Positions 18,507 to 29,103 of a DNA stretch of 64,000 nt are shown here, one piece after another; the stretch's first letter is position 1; each line of letters starts with the position of its first letter. The stretch is from an uncultured Nitrospira sp. GTDB taxonomy: Bacteria > Nitrospirota > Nitrospiria > Nitrospirales > Nitrospiraceae. A model generated the notes under the pieces. It was not told where the DNA came from and did no database searches. It worked only from the letters and a program-made list of their open reading frames with translations. The position numbers and the translations under genes were made by a program. The DNA lies in contig CAZPNQ010000003.1 in assembly GCA_964587955.1 (NCBI GenBank), positions 41,947 through 105,946 on the forward strand, read 5' to 3'.

Positions 18507-20891
18507 ATGGGAACTATCCTGCTCCTTGATGTCAGCCCGGATATGGCGGCCTTCCTCTGTGGATGCTCGTCGTTGGGGATGTCTGCTTTCACTGCCGATG
18601 TCGTCGACCCCGATCAACTTCTGGCTCGACTGGAACTGGAGCCGGGGAAGGTGGACGCGGTCGTCATGGGTGAACGGTTGAAGGATCCGCTGCGACTGGC
18701 CCGACGCGTGTCCGTCGTGGACAAATACGTGACGATGGTGTTGCTCTGTTTGCAGGAACGTCACCGCCAGTTGGCGCAGTCTCTGCAATTCACGCCGGGT
18801 TTAGGAAGAGAAGTACTGTGCCTTCCGGCCTCGGAGCGCGAGACCATCGCTCTGGAATTGGAGAAGGCCATCGCAAGGACTCGTCAGCGTCGCCTGTACA
18901 GGGACGTGGTGGCGAATGGCAATCTGCGTCTGGCGGAGTCAGTAGCGAGGTATCAGCAGGCTGAGACGGCCTTGCGAGAGAGCCAGGAACTGCTGCGGCA
19001 GATCACCGAAAACATCCGAGAAGTCTTCTGGTTGACCGATCCGGGAAGGGACCAAGTATTTTACGTGAGCCCCGCATACGAAGACATTTGGGGCCGCACG
19101 TGCGAGAGCCTATACGCATCGCCGCGGTCGTGGTCCGATGCAATCCATCCGGAGGATCGGCCCAGTATTGTCGAAGCGGTCTCTTCCAGCCAACGGCTCG
19201 GCGCCCATGATAGGGAGTATCGGGTCGTGCACCCAGACGGGTCGACCCGCTGGATCCGTGACCGTGCGTTTCCGGTTAGGGATCCGTCCGGAAAGGTCTA
19301 TCGCCTTGCCGGGATTATGGAGAACATCACCGAACGGAAACAAGTGGAACAAGCTCTGCGTGAAAGCGAACATCGGTACCAGTCCGTGGTGAACCAGGTT
19401 CGGGACGTCATCTTCCGGACGGACGCCCGCGGTCGATGGACGTTTCTCAACCCGGCCTGGACCGATATCACCGGGTTCACCCTTGCCGAGAGCATCGGAA
19501 CGAACAGCCTGAACTTCGTCCATCCCGAAGATCGCCGGCACCATCAAGAGCTGTTCCAGCTTCCGAGCAGTCAGGGAAAGGACTATGGCTTTCACGAGGT
19601 CCGTTACCAGACGAAGGACGGCAGCGTTCGATGGATTGAAGCGCACGCCCGGCTGACGTTTGACACCGAGGGCCGCGTCATCGGCACCTTGGGGACGCTC
19701 CGCGACATTACCCACCAGAAATCTCTGGAAGAACAGTTCCGTCAGGCGCACAAAATGGAAGCGATCGGGCAACTGGCCGGCGGCGTGGCGCATGACTTCA
19801 ATAATCTATTGACGGTCATCAATGGCTACGGCGAGATCCTCCTAAAGAGTCTGGGGCCCACAAGCCCGCAGCGGAAAATGGCCGAAGATATTCTCAAAGC
19901 CGGAGATCGAGCCGTCAGCCTCACCCAACGGCTGCTGACGTTCAGCCGTCGGCAGATTCTCCAACCGAAGGTATTGACTCTCAATGCCGTCGTGACCAAC
20001 ATCGTGCCGATGCTGCATCGTTTGATTGGCGAGGATATCGACTTGGTCTTCGTGCCGGACCGAAACCAGAGCTTGATCCATGGCGACCCGGGACAGCTCG
20101 ATCAGGTGATTATCAACCTCGCTGTCAATGCCCGTGATGCCATGCCGCGTGGTGGACGGCTGACGCTGGAAACCGGAACGGTCGAAATGGACGAAGCGTC
20201 CGCCAGGAATCTCGCCCTCCCCCGGTCCGGCCCCTACGTCATGCTTCGCATGCACGATACCGGCAGCGGCATGAGCAAGGAGATCCTGGACCGGATCTTT
20301 GACCCCTTTTTCACCACCAAGGAGGTGGGAAAAGGCACAGGTCTCGGTCTATCGATCATCTACGGTATCGTCACGCAAAGCGGAGGGGCCATCGCCGTCG
20401 ACAGCGAAGTGGGCCGGGGCTCGACGTTCACCATCTATCTTCCGAAGGTCGGCACGGCGGCGCAGGTTCAGGACCCGGCCCCGTCTCTCGCGGCGACCCC
20501 CCGCGGTTCCGACACCATTTTGTTGGTTGAAGATGAAGACTTGCTTCGCGCCTTGATCGTCTCGGTCTTGGAAGAATCCGGCTATACTGTGTTGGCGGTA
20601 GGGACACCGGAAGAAGCCTTGCGGGTGTCGGAGGAACGACCGGACTCCATTCGTCTATTGGTTACGGACGTGGTGATGCCAAGGATGAATGGCCGTGAAT
20701 TGGCCGAACGTTTGACTGCCGAGCGACGGACGATGAAGACTCTTTATATGTCGGGCTACACCGAGGACACTGTCATCCGTCACGGCGTCGAACACCGCCA
20801 AACCGCTTTTCTTCAGAAGCCGTTTACTCCGGACGTCTTCCTCCGCAAAGTTCGGGAAATCCTCGATTCGACGGCGAAGCAGAACGAATGA
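18507..20891 (+). CDS. Cytoplasmic hybrid histidine kinase (pseudo-REC-like N-terminus, 2 PAS, HisKA, HATPase, REC)
   Basis: Two PAS/PAC (IHPEDR, VHPEDR), [34 protein letters not shown]. Confidence 0.92.
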   Translation: MGTILLLDVSPDMAAFLCGCSSLGMSAFTADVVDPDQLLARLELEPGKVDAVVMGERLKDPLRLARRVSVVDKYVTMVLLCLQERHRQLAQSLQFTPGLGREVLCLPASERETIALELEKAIARTRQRRLYRDVVANGNLRLAESVARYQQAETALRESQELLRQITENIREVFWLTDPGRDQVFYVSPAYEDIWGRTCESLYASPRSWSDAIHPEDRPSIVEAVSSSQRLGAHDREYRVVHPDGSTRWIRDRAFPVRDPSGKVYRLAGIMENITERKQVEQALRESEHRYQSVVNQVRDVIFRTDARGRWTFLNPAWTDITGFTLAESIGTNSLNFVHPEDRRHHQELFQLPSSQGKDYGFHEVRYQTKDGSVRWIEAHARLTFDTEGRVIGTLGTLRDITHQKSLEEQFRQAHKMEAIGQLAGGVAHDFNNLLTVINGYGEILLKSLGPTSPQRKMAEDILKAGDRAVSLTQRLLTFSRRQILQPKVLTLNAVVTNIVPMLHRLIGEDIDLVFVPDRNQSLIHGDPGQLDQVIINLAVNARDAMPRGGRLTLETGTVEMDEASARNLALPRSGPYVMLRMHDTGSGMSKEILDRIFDPFFTTKEVGKGTGLGLSIIYGIVTQSGGAIAVDSEVGRGSTFTIYLPKVGTAAQVQDPAPSLAATPRGSDTILLVEDEDLLRALIVSVLEESGYTVLAVGTPEEALRVSEERPDSIRLLVTDVVMPRMNGRELAERLTAERRTMKTLYMSGYTEDTVIRHGVEHRQTAFLQKPFTPDVFLRKVREILDSTAKQNE

Positions 20892-21097
20892 CAAGATGCG
20901 GGCCATTCCTGCGCGCCGATCCCCTCGCCGTGACTCCCAATGATATGATAAGAGTTTGATGGCGGGAGACTTGATGAACAAGCATGGTCGTGGCCGGCTA
21001 TCGGTGTCGTATGCTCCAAAAATGCTGTGCTGCCGGTAGACCATCTGAGCCCGATTCGTCGATCGCCTGAATGCTGGGGTAAGTGTGAGCTGAGCGG

Positions 21098-22948
21098 ATG
21101 AGTTATCAACCGATCCAGAATTACGGCATCATCGGCAACATGCGTACGGCGGCGTTGGTCGGTCTGAACGGATCGATCGATTGGCTATGCGTTCCTCATT
21201 TCGACTCGCCCAGTGTGTTTGCGGCTATTCTCGACGATGAAAAGGGCGGCCGATTCGAGATCGCTGCCGTCGATACGGACATTTCTCCGAAACAGCTCTA
21301 CTGGCCGGACACGAACGTGCTGGTGACGCGCTTTCATGCACCGACCGGTGTCGCCGAAATTCTGGACTTCATGCCGGCCGGTCTGCCTTCGGAATCGCCG
21401 CGGCAGCACGAGCTGATTCGGCGGGTCCGTGTGACGCAGGGAAGCATGAAGTTTCAACTCCGTTGCCATCCGGCCTTCAACTATGCTCGAAGTCCTCATC
21501 GTACGCAGCTGACGAAGCAAGGAGCCTGTTTTCATTCCGACGGTCTCAGTCTCGGCCTGGCAACAGATATCCCTCTCATGGTCGATGATCGGGGAGTACG
21601 GTCGGTATTCGTTCTGCAGGAAGAAGAGTCGGCAGTCTTCGTCATCAAGCCCATCAAATCCGATGAAAGCTGTGGTTTCTGTCCATCGTCAGGCGAAGCC
21701 GACGACATGTTCGAGCAGACCGTGAAGTACTGGCGTCACTGGCTGTCACGATGCACGTATACCGGACGATGGCGTGAAATGGTTCATCGATCCGCACTGT
21801 GCCTGAAGCTCCTGACGTTCGAGCCGACCGGCGCCATCGTCGCCGCGCCGACCTGCAGCTTGCCCGAAACTCCCGGCGGCATCCGGAATTGGGACTATCG
21901 GTACACGTGGATGCGTGACGCGGCCTTCACCGTCTACGGCTTTCTGAAACTCGGATTCACCGAGGAAGCGGACCGCTTCATGAATTGGCTGGCGGAGCGG
22001 GCCAAAGAGGTCGAGGCGGACGGCAGTCTCCAGATCGTCTATGGAATCGACGGCCGGCACGATTTGACGGAGCAGACGCTCGATCATCTCGACGGCTACT
22101 GTGGCGCGAAGCCCGTGCGCATCGGCAACGGCGCGTACAATCAGCTACAGCTGGACATCTACGGCGAACTGCTCGACGCCGCGTACCTCTATAACAAACA
22201 CGCGATCCCGATCGGCCATGACACCTGGGTGAGAATCAGGCGCCGGCTCGATTGGCTGTGTGACAACTGGCAGCAGCCGGATGAAGGGATATGGGAAACC
22301 AGAGGCGGACGCCGGCAGTTCGTTTACTCCAAATTGATGTGCTGGGTCGCGATGGATCGAGGACTGCGCTTGGCCGATAAGCGCTCATTCCCGGCCGATC
22401 GCGCGCGGTGGCTGCGCGTTCGGGATCAGATTTACGAAGAGATCATGCAGAAGGGGTGGAATGCCAAGCGACGGGCGTTCGTGCAGCACTACGACAGCGA
22501 TTCATTGGACGCGTCGAATCTCATCATGCCGCTTGTGTTTTTTCTCTCGCCGAACGATCCGAGGATGCTGGATACCCTCGCGGCTATCACGCGATCACCG
22601 AGATCCGGTGGACTGGTGTCCGATGGGTTGGTGTATCGGTACGATAGCGAAACGGGAGAGGACGGTCTGCATGGGAAAGAGGGAACCTTCAACATGTGCA
22701 CGTTTTGGTTGGTGGAAGCCTTGGCGCGGGCAGGACGCGTCGACCGCGCCAAGCTCGACGAGGCACGCTTTCTATTCGAACGGATGCTGGGTTATGCCAA
22801 CCATGTGGGACTGTATGCCGAAGAGACTGGAACCGGCGGGGAAGCGCTCGGTAACTTCCCCCAAGCCTTTACCCACTTGGCGCTGATCAGCGCGGCGTTC
22901 AATCTCGATCGGACTTTGAATGCCGGATCAAGGGGAGAACGACGATAG
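21098..22948 (+). CDS. Glycoside hydrolase family 15 (trehalase/glucoamylase-like)
   Basis: [56 protein letters not shown]. Confidence 0.92.
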   Translation: MSYQPIQNYGIIGNMRTAALVGLNGSIDWLCVPHFDSPSVFAAILDDEKGGRFEIAAVDTDISPKQLYWPDTNVLVTRFHAPTGVAEILDFMPAGLPSESPRQHELIRRVRVTQGSMKFQLRCHPAFNYARSPHRTQLTKQGACFHSDGLSLGLATDIPLMVDDRGVRSVFVLQEEESAVFVIKPIKSDESCGFCPSSGEADDMFEQTVKYWRHWLSRCTYTGRWREMVHRSALCLKLLTFEPTGAIVAAPTCSLPETPGGIRNWDYRYTWMRDAAFTVYGFLKLGFTEEADRFMNWLAERAKEVEADGSLQIVYGIDGRHDLTEQTLDHLDGYCGAKPVRIGNGAYNQLQLDIYGELLDAAYLYNKHAIPIGHDTWVRIRRRLDWLCDNWQQPDEGIWETRGGRRQFVYSKLMCWVAMDRGLRLADKRSFPADRARWLRVRDQIYEEIMQKGWNAKRRAFVQHYDSDSLDASNLIMPLVFFLSPNDPRMLDTLAAITRSPRSGGLVSDGLVYRYDSETGEDGLHGKEGTFNMCTFWLVEALARAGRVDRAKLDEARFLFERMLGYANHVGLYAEETGTGGEALGNFPQAFTHLALISAAFNLDRTLNAGSRGERR

Positions 22949-23062
22949 CGAAAAATCCCATCACGTCCTGCTGCTTCGTGCGAATTGTCATAGACCTGCC
23001 GTCTTGTAACCCACCGCAGACAACCAAAGATGCTTTAGAGGCGGTTGTAGCGGGAAGCGACT

Positions 23063-23080
23063 CTGTCATATAACTGTCAA
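23063..23080 (+). promoter_or_regulatory. Pho-box-like direct repeat
   Basis: CTGTCAT-ATAA-CTGTCAA matches the PhoB consensus CTGTCAT-A(A/T)A(A/T)-CTGTCA(C/T) at 17/18, and lies upstream of a phosphatase gene. Confidence 0.45.
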
Positions 23081-23352
23081 ACTGAAGCGGTGAACGAAGG
23101 GATATGTTCACCATCCATCAGGAAGTCCTGATCCGCTGTTCGTAAGGGTCCTCACAATCCAGCCCCCGACCGAGACTTATCAGTGAGTGGATTGGACGAA
23201 ACGCCGCCACATGAAGTCGGCGGGTGGTATGAGTTTGCCATGACAGTTGTCATGGATGATAACGTATTCCCTTTGAGGTTCATGCGGGATAGGCGTGGGG
23301 TGACTGGCGCATGAGCGATCTACGTGTTTCAATGAATACACATGGCGAGTGT

Positions 23353-23928
23353 ATGACGATTTGGATCATCCGACACGGAGAGACGGAATGGAGTGTTGCA
23401 AAACGCCATACAGGCAGAACCGATATTACCCTCACGCCGGCCGGCCAGAGACAGGCGGCGGCATTAGGCCGGTATTTGGAGGGCCGCTCGTTCGCACGGG
23501 TGCTCTGCAGCCCGCTTCGGCGGGCCAGCGACACGTGTCGACTGGCAGGCTTTTTTGATGTTGCAACCGTCACCGATGATTTGCTGGAGTGGGATTACGG
23601 AGATTACGAAGGCCGCACCACGAGTGAAATCCGGACTGAAGTGCCGGGTTGGTCTATCTGGACCGACCCTGTGCCCGGCGGAGAGACGATTGAAGAGGTG
23701 AGTCATCGGGCCGAGCGGGTTATTCAGCAGGCAGTGGCGGCAGACGGCGATATAGCCTTGTTCGCGCATGCGCATATCTTGAGAATACTGACTGCCCGCT
23801 GGCTCGGTCTTCCGCCTGATGCCGGCCGATTGTTTGCACTCGGTACCGCGTCGGTAAGCGTGCTGGGGTACGAACGCGAAACACGCGTCATCACACATTG
23901 GAACGGTCCACAGGAGGAGCGGATATGA
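23353..23928 (+). CDS. Histidine phosphatase family protein
   Basis: RHGETEWS...HTGRTD, SPLRRA, EWDYGDYEG, FAHAH. Confidence 0.9.
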   Translation: MTIWIIRHGETEWSVAKRHTGRTDITLTPAGQRQAAALGRYLEGRSFARVLCSPLRRASDTCRLAGFFDVATVTDDLLEWDYGDYEGRTTSEIRTEVPGWSIWTDPVPGGETIEEVSHRAERVIQQAVAADGDIALFAHAHILRILTARWLGLPPDAGRLFALGTASVSVLGYERETRVITHWNGPQEERI

Positions 23929-24371
23929 AAGCCCATTATTTGGGTCACGTGGTCTTTTATGTGAAAGATCTGGACCGATCCCTCGGTTTCTACCGGGATC
24001 TGTTGGGTTTCAAGGAAGTCGGACGGATCTTCAATGGATCAGCCGCTGCGCTGAGTTCCGGTCGAACGCATCATGAATTGCTGTTGATCCAAGTCGGCGA
24101 CGTACCCGGTCCTCCGTCCGGAATGCGCCGGGGGCTTTATCACATCGGAATCAAAGTCGGCGACAATCTCGACGAGCTACGCCAGGCCAAGCGCGAGTTG
24201 GAGCAAGCCGGGATCCCCATCGGCGGCATGAGTGATCACACGGTAAGCCAGAGTCTTTACCTAAAAGATCCCGACGGGAATGAAGTGGAGCTGTATGTGG
24301 ATGCAGATGAGTCGGTATGGAAAAACAACCCTGCGTCGGTGATGGCCCCGATCAGACCGCTGAATTTATAA
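23925..24371 (+). CDS. VOC family protein (extradiol-dioxygenase/CatE-like)
   Basis: LGHVVFYV.DL..SLGFY, HHELLL, GLYHIG, SLYLKDPDGNEVELY. ATGA overlap and RBS AGGAGG. Confidence 0.85.
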   Translation: MKAHYLGHVVFYVKDLDRSLGFYRDLLGFKEVGRIFNGSAAALSSGRTHHELLLIQVGDVPGPPSGMRRGLYHIGIKVGDNLDELRQAKRELEQAGIPIGGMSDHTVSQSLYLKDPDGNEVELYVDADESVWKNNPASVMAPIRPLNL

Positions 24372-24402
24372 GTTCATTGTATTGATTGAGTGAGGTCCAC
24401 CT

Positions 24403-25197
24403 ATGGACTTACAACTGTCGGGCAAGCTTGCGCTCGTAACCGGTTCGACCGGAGGTATCGGTTTAGCCATTGGTATGGCCCTGGCCGGTGAGGGTGCGTC
24501 GGTGATCATCAATGGCCGATCGAAAGAGCGGGTGACGGAGGCGATGGAAAAGATCCGCCAGAAACATCTTCACGCGAAGCTCGAACCGCTCATTGCCGAT
24601 CTGAGCACGGCGAAAGCCGTGAAGCAAACCGTCAATGCCTTTCCCCAGGTCGACATCCTCATCAACAACCTCGGCTCGTACGAGCCGAAGCCGTTCGAGA
24701 CGATTTCCGATGAAGACTGGCAGTCGATCATCGAAACCAATTTCATGAGCGGTGCGCGACTGTGCCGCCATTACCTGCCGAAGATGAAGACGAAGAACTG
24801 GGGGAGGATCATTTTTATCTCGAGTGAATCCGCCGTCAATATCCCGGTTGAAATGATCCATTATGGCGTGACGAAAACCATGCAGCTGGCGCTGGCGCGG
24901 GGTCTGGCGGAAACCACCATGGGTACCGCCGTGACGGTCAATTCGATCTTAGCGGGACCGACGAAGTCCGAAGGCGTCGAAAAGTTCGTCGGTGATATGG
25001 CAAAGTCTCGCCGTGTCGAGCCTTCTGTGGTGGAAAAAGAATTCTTTGAGACCGTCCGTCCAAGTTCGTTGCTCAAACGGTTTGCCTCCACAGACGAAGT
25101 GGCTGCCCTCGTCGCGTTCATCGCAAGCCCTTTGTCCTCTGCAACCAACGGCGCAGCGCTTCGTGTGGACGGCGGCGCTGTCCGTTCGATCCTCTGA
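24403..25197 (+). CDS. SDR family oxidoreductase
   Basis: TGSTGGIG, YGVTK catalytic motif, NGAALRVDGG. Confidence 0.9.
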   Translation: MDLQLSGKLALVTGSTGGIGLAIGMALAGEGASVIINGRSKERVTEAMEKIRQKHLHAKLEPLIADLSTAKAVKQTVNAFPQVDILINNLGSYEPKPFETISDEDWQSIIETNFMSGARLCRHYLPKMKTKNWGRIIFISSESAVNIPVEMIHYGVTKTMQLALARGLAETTMGTAVTVNSILAGPTKSEGVEKFVGDMAKSRRVEPSVVEKEFFETVRPSSLLKRFASTDEVAALVAFIASPLSSATNGAALRVDGGAVRSIL

Positions 25198-25277
25198 TGT
25201 ATGACGTGCCACTCACATGGTGCGGGGAGCAAGGATCATCAGATCGAGATAGGGATAATCATTCAACGAGGTGCAAC

Positions 25278-25616
25278 ATGATTCGTATCGTGATGGTAAC
25301 GGTGCTGGTCGTCCTGTCGTCATTCTGGGAAGGCACGACCGGTTGGACAGCCGAAAACAAAGGCAGCCGGCTCACGATCGTGAGCCCAACGCAGGGCGAA
25401 GTGATAAAAGGGGATTCCGTCGAAGTGCGGTACAAGCTGACGAAGGGCACGGAAGCAACGCACATACATTGTTATGTGGACGGTGAATATCAACGCACCT
25501 TTACCGGTGTGGTGAAGGGACTGACTCGCGGCTCGCACGAGATCAAGCTTGTGGCCGCAAGCCACAATCATGACGCCCTCGGAGCAGAAGCAAGGGTCAC
25601 GATCGAGGTGGAATGA
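25278..25616 (+). CDS. Small exported beta-sandwich hypothetical protein
   Basis: RBS GAGGTG, signal peptide, HIHCYVDG...GSHEIKLVAASHNH. Confidence 0.65.
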   Translation: MIRIVMVTVLVVLSSFWEGTTGWTAENKGSRLTIVSPTQGEVIKGDSVEVRYKLTKGTEATHIHCYVDGEYQRTFTGVVKGLTRGSHEIKLVAASHNHDALGAEARVTIEVE

Positions 25617-25757
25617 TACTCGAGGCTGTGCTTCGTGATCGTGCGAGTGGAGATATCCAATCCGCCGGTATCACCGGCATGCGTGTGGTAACCGACTCAC
25701 ACCACATCTTCGAATTCGGCGACTGATAAGCTGCCCGCTCGATACGGACGTTTCGTT

Positions 25758-27809
25758 ATGAATGCCATGGACACGAGGCGGATCGTCATCGTCGGCGGTG
25801 GATTTGCCGGGGTGAAGTGCGCGAAGACTCTTCGGAAGAAGCTGTCAACGAACATGTGTGAGATCGTGCTATTCAGCCAAGAAAACAACATGGTGTTCTA
25901 CCCATTGCTGGCCGAAGTGGCTGGGGCTTCGATCAACCCTGGTGCGGTCACAGCGCCGTTACGTCAGATGCTGCCCGGGGTCCGCTGTCGAACAGAAGAA
26001 GTCCGTCGTATCGACCTGGCGACATCCGAGTTGGAATACGAAAGATATGACGGTCGTCCGGGCCGGGTGACGTTTGACCATGCTGTACTAGCCTGTGGGA
26101 CTGCAGTCAATCTTAGCTTGGTCCCTGGAATGGCAGACCATGCGTTTCCGCTCAAGTCGGTGGGTGATGCGATGGCCTTGCGGTTTCATGTGATGGAACA
26201 ACTTGAAAAAGCGGAAGTCTGCGATGATCCGGACCGGAGGCGGTGGTATCTCTCGTTCGTAGTGGTCGGCGGCGGCTTCACCGGTGTGGAGACAGCCGGT
26301 GAGATCAATGACTTGATCCGAGCCAGCGCGCGATTCTACGGAAACTTCAGCGCACGTGACTTCACCGTGACCCTGGTGCACAGCCGCGATCAGATTTTAC
26401 CGGAAGTAAGCCCCACGCTGCGGGAGTTTGCCCGCAGCAAGATGGAGCAGGCCGGGATTCACATGATTCTCAACGCTCGCGCGGTGTCGGCGACTGCTGA
26501 AGGCGTCGAGTTGCATGATGGCCGAGTACTTCGGGGCGCCACGGCCGTGTGCACGATAGGCACCACGGCTCCGCTTCTGGTGCATCGGCTCGATGTGTCG
26601 AAGGAGCGGGGTCGACTCCTGACCGATCCGGATATGCGTGTGCGCGGTACCTCGAATCTCTGGGGAGTCGGCGATTGCGCCCATATCGTGAATGCCTATG
26701 ACGGCCATGCCTCACCCACCACAGGTCAATTCGCCGAACGGCAAGGGCGGCAAGCGGCGGAGAACATCGTTCGGGTCCTGCATGGTGAATCCACCAGGCC
26801 GTTTTTCTTCAAGCCGTTGGGACAATTGTGCGGGATCGGAAAACGGAAGGCCGTCGCGGAAGTGTTGGGTATACGCCTTTCCGGTTTTCCGGCGTGGTGG
26901 CTATGGCGAACTGTGTATCTGCTGAAATCGCCGTCTTGGTCACGCCGCATCAAAGTCGCCTTCGACTGGACCTGGGAGCTGTTCTTCCCGCGTGACCTGG
27001 CCCATCCGCGGATCAATCAAACCGAGCGGATCGCGCGCGCCCATTATAGGCCCGGTGACTTCATCTTCGTCGAAGGCGAGCCGGCGATGAGTTTTTATGT
27101 GATCGAACAGGGCGAGGTGGAAGTCTTCCGACGGGACGCCGAAGGACAACAGTCTCTTCTAACGGTGTTCGGGCCCGGAGAGTTTTTTGGAGAAATCGCG
27201 CTTCTTGACGGAAGCGTCCGCATCGGAAGCGTCCGCGCCCGCACGGCGGTGGAGGTGCTCGTCATGGGTAAAGAGGTCTTCTCGAAAATCTCCGGAGCGC
27301 TGACTCCTTTCCGCAATTCCATAGCTCAGGCGCTGAGGTGGCGGCGACCCAGATTGAACCGGCACTTGAGCCACGCGTGGACTGCGCTTGAGCGCCATCC
27401 ACTGCACACATTCATGGAGGCGGTTCCAGACCACTGCCTTTCTCCCGACGACACGTTTGAAGATACTGTTCGCATGTTTGACCAGTTTTCGGTGGAGTAT
27501 CTTAGCGTCCTAGACGGGCGGGGACGATTGAAAGGCGTCGTCACCAGGAATGAACTGTTCGAAGCCTTTGCAAAAGGGAATAGGCCGTCGACCACCGTTC
27601 ATGAATTCATGCGCGCCGATCCCGTTGCGGTGACTCCTGATGAGATGAGCCTGATGGTCGGTGACTTGATGAGTAGATACGACACCGATTGGCTTCCGGT
27701 GGTCGAGAGCAAAGACGATCGACGTCTGATTGGTATCGTTCGTTCGGAGAAAATGTTGCGCTGGCTGATGGAACAATCCCAGCCCGATTCTCGGAGTCCT
27801 GCTCAGTGA
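25758..27809 (+). CDS. Type II NADH dehydrogenase-like FAD oxidoreductase fused to cNMP-binding and CBS-pair domains
   Basis: GGGFAG and GGGFTGVE dinucleotide motifs, GDCA, LSGFPAWWLWR, then EGEPAMSFYVIEQGEVEV...GEFFGEIALL (cNMP), then two CBS repeats. Confidence 0.88.
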   Translation: MNAMDTRRIVIVGGGFAGVKCAKTLRKKLSTNMCEIVLFSQENNMVFYPLLAEVAGASINPGAVTAPLRQMLPGVRCRTEEVRRIDLATSELEYERYDGRPGRVTFDHAVLACGTAVNLSLVPGMADHAFPLKSVGDAMALRFHVMEQLEKAEVCDDPDRRRWYLSFVVVGGGFTGVETAGEINDLIRASARFYGNFSARDFTVTLVHSRDQILPEVSPTLREFARSKMEQAGIHMILNARAVSATAEGVELHDGRVLRGATAVCTIGTTAPLLVHRLDVSKERGRLLTDPDMRVRGTSNLWGVGDCAHIVNAYDGHASPTTGQFAERQGRQAAENIVRVLHGESTRPFFFKPLGQLCGIGKRKAVAEVLGIRLSGFPAWWLWRTVYLLKSPSWSRRIKVAFDWTWELFFPRDLAHPRINQTERIARAHYRPGDFIFVEGEPAMSFYVIEQGEVEVFRRDAEGQQSLLTVFGPGEFFGEIALLDGSVRIGSVRARTAVEVLVMGKEVFSKISGALTPFRNSIAQALRWRRPRLNRHLSHAWTALERHPLHTFMEAVPDHCLSPDDTFEDTVRMFDQFSVEYLSVLDGRGRLKGVVTRNELFEAFAKGNRPSTTVHEFMRADPVAVTPDEMSLMVGDLMSRYDTDWLPVVESKDDRRLIGIVRSEKMLRWLMEQSQPDSRSPAQ

Positions 27810-27909
27810 GGCAAGTTTGTGTAAGCTTCGTCATGCCGAGTTCCTGGAGGTGCTCTTGAGGATCGGTGATTCGGTAGGCCATACTGAGCATCTCTGAGTC
27901 TCTATTGTC

Positions 27910-29103
27910 ATGAACGAGACGACTCCCAAAAGACCCGCATTGAGCTGTGTTCTTTTGCTGGGAATCTCTTGCTTGTTCGGTTGCAAAGGCGAAGCCGGCC
28001 CTTCCGCACCTCGTCCGATCCCGGAAGTTCAGGTCATCGAAACCTTTTCGCAGACGGTTCCGGATGAGCCGGAGTTTATCGGGCAAGCTGAAGCCTCGAG
28101 CATCGTCGAAATTCGTTCGCAAGTCACCGGGATCATCAATCGACGTTTGTTTTCCGAGGGACGCGACGTCAAACAAGGCGATCGTCTCTACGAGATCGAT
28201 CCCGTCCCCTTCCACGCCGCATTCGCAAGCGCGAAAGGACGAGTCTCGCAAGCTGAAGCCCGAGTCGTCCAGGCCAAGCAAAATCTGGCTCGTGTCAAAC
28301 CGTTGCTCGTCGAAGATGCCGTCAGCCAGAAAGATGTCGACGACGCGATCGCGGAAGATCTGGCCGCGCGCGCTGCGCTGGAGGCCGCAAGAGGCGATCT
28401 GATCAAAGCTAAGTTCGATCTGGACAACACGCTCATCGTGGCTCCCGTCGACGGCTTGATCGAGCGAACGCGGTACTACCAAGGTCGGCTGGTTACCGCG
28501 CAGACTGATCTCCTGACCGTCATTCATCAAGTCGATCCGATGTACGTGATCGTGAGCGCGCCGGAGAGCTTCCTGCTCAAACGGCGTAGGGATACCCTTT
28601 CAAAACGGATACAACACCCCGGCCTCTACAGTCTGACAGGCACCATTATCTTCGTGGATGGAACGACCTATGCGCATGACGGCGTATTGGATTTTGCGGA
28701 TATTGGGTTACGGGCCGAGACGGGTTCCCGGCAAGCGCGGGTGGTGTTCCCGAACCCCGATCGGATATTGCTGCCCGGCCAGTTCGTGACCGTGCGATTT
28801 CATGGAGTGTCGAAGCCCAATGCCATCCTTGTTCCCCAACGCTCGGTTCAGCAGGGGCCAAAAGGCGCAGTGGTCTATGTTGTCGGTCAAGGCGATCAAG
28901 TGGAAGTTCGAGACGTGAAAGCGACAGACTGGCAAGGCGACCAGTGGCTTATCGAGGATGGGCTCCGTGCCGGGGAGCGTGTGATCATAGAGGGATTCCA
29001 ACGACTCGTGCCTGGAGCCCAGGTCAAGCCCATCACGGTGGCCTCGACAAAATCCGATACGCCTTCATCGCCGGCCGGCGGTGGCGTGGAACAGTCAAAA
29101 TGA
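27910..29103 (+). CDS. RND efflux membrane fusion protein (copy 1)
   Basis: Lipobox LFGC, EIRSQVTG, LYEIDP, FPNPDRILLPGQFV. Confidence 0.92.
   Translation: MNETTPKRPALSCVLLLGISCLFGCKGEAGPSAPRPIPEVQVIETFSQTVPDEPEFIGQAEASSIVEIRSQVTGIINRRLFSEGRDVKQGDRLYEIDPVPFHAAFASAKGRVSQAEARVVQAKQNLARVKPLLVEDAVSQKDVDDAIAEDLAARAALEAARGDLIKAKFDLDNTLIVAPVDGLIERTRYYQGRLVTAQTDLLTVIHQVDPMYVIVSAPESFLLKRRRDTLSKRIQHPGLYSLTGTIIFVDGTTYAHDGVLDFADIGLRAETGSRQARVVFPNPDRILLPGQFVTVRFHGVSKPNAILVPQRSVQQGPKGAVVYVVGQGDQVEVRDVKATDWQGDQWLIEDGLRAGERVIIEGFQRLVPGAQVKPITVASTKSDTPSSPAGGGVEQSK

Noticed and set aside
11614..23007. Similar intergenic 21-22-mers GTCATAGAC..GCCGTCTTGT at about 11614 and about 22987
   Set aside because: Only two short gapped copies with no structure or consistent context, so chance cannot be excluded.
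28944..29099. N-terminal extensions given by the ORF track for the RND permeases (also 42713-42880)
   Set aside because: They overlap the MFP genes. Family N-termini (FIDRPIFA) and stop/start overlaps support starts at 29100 and 42881.
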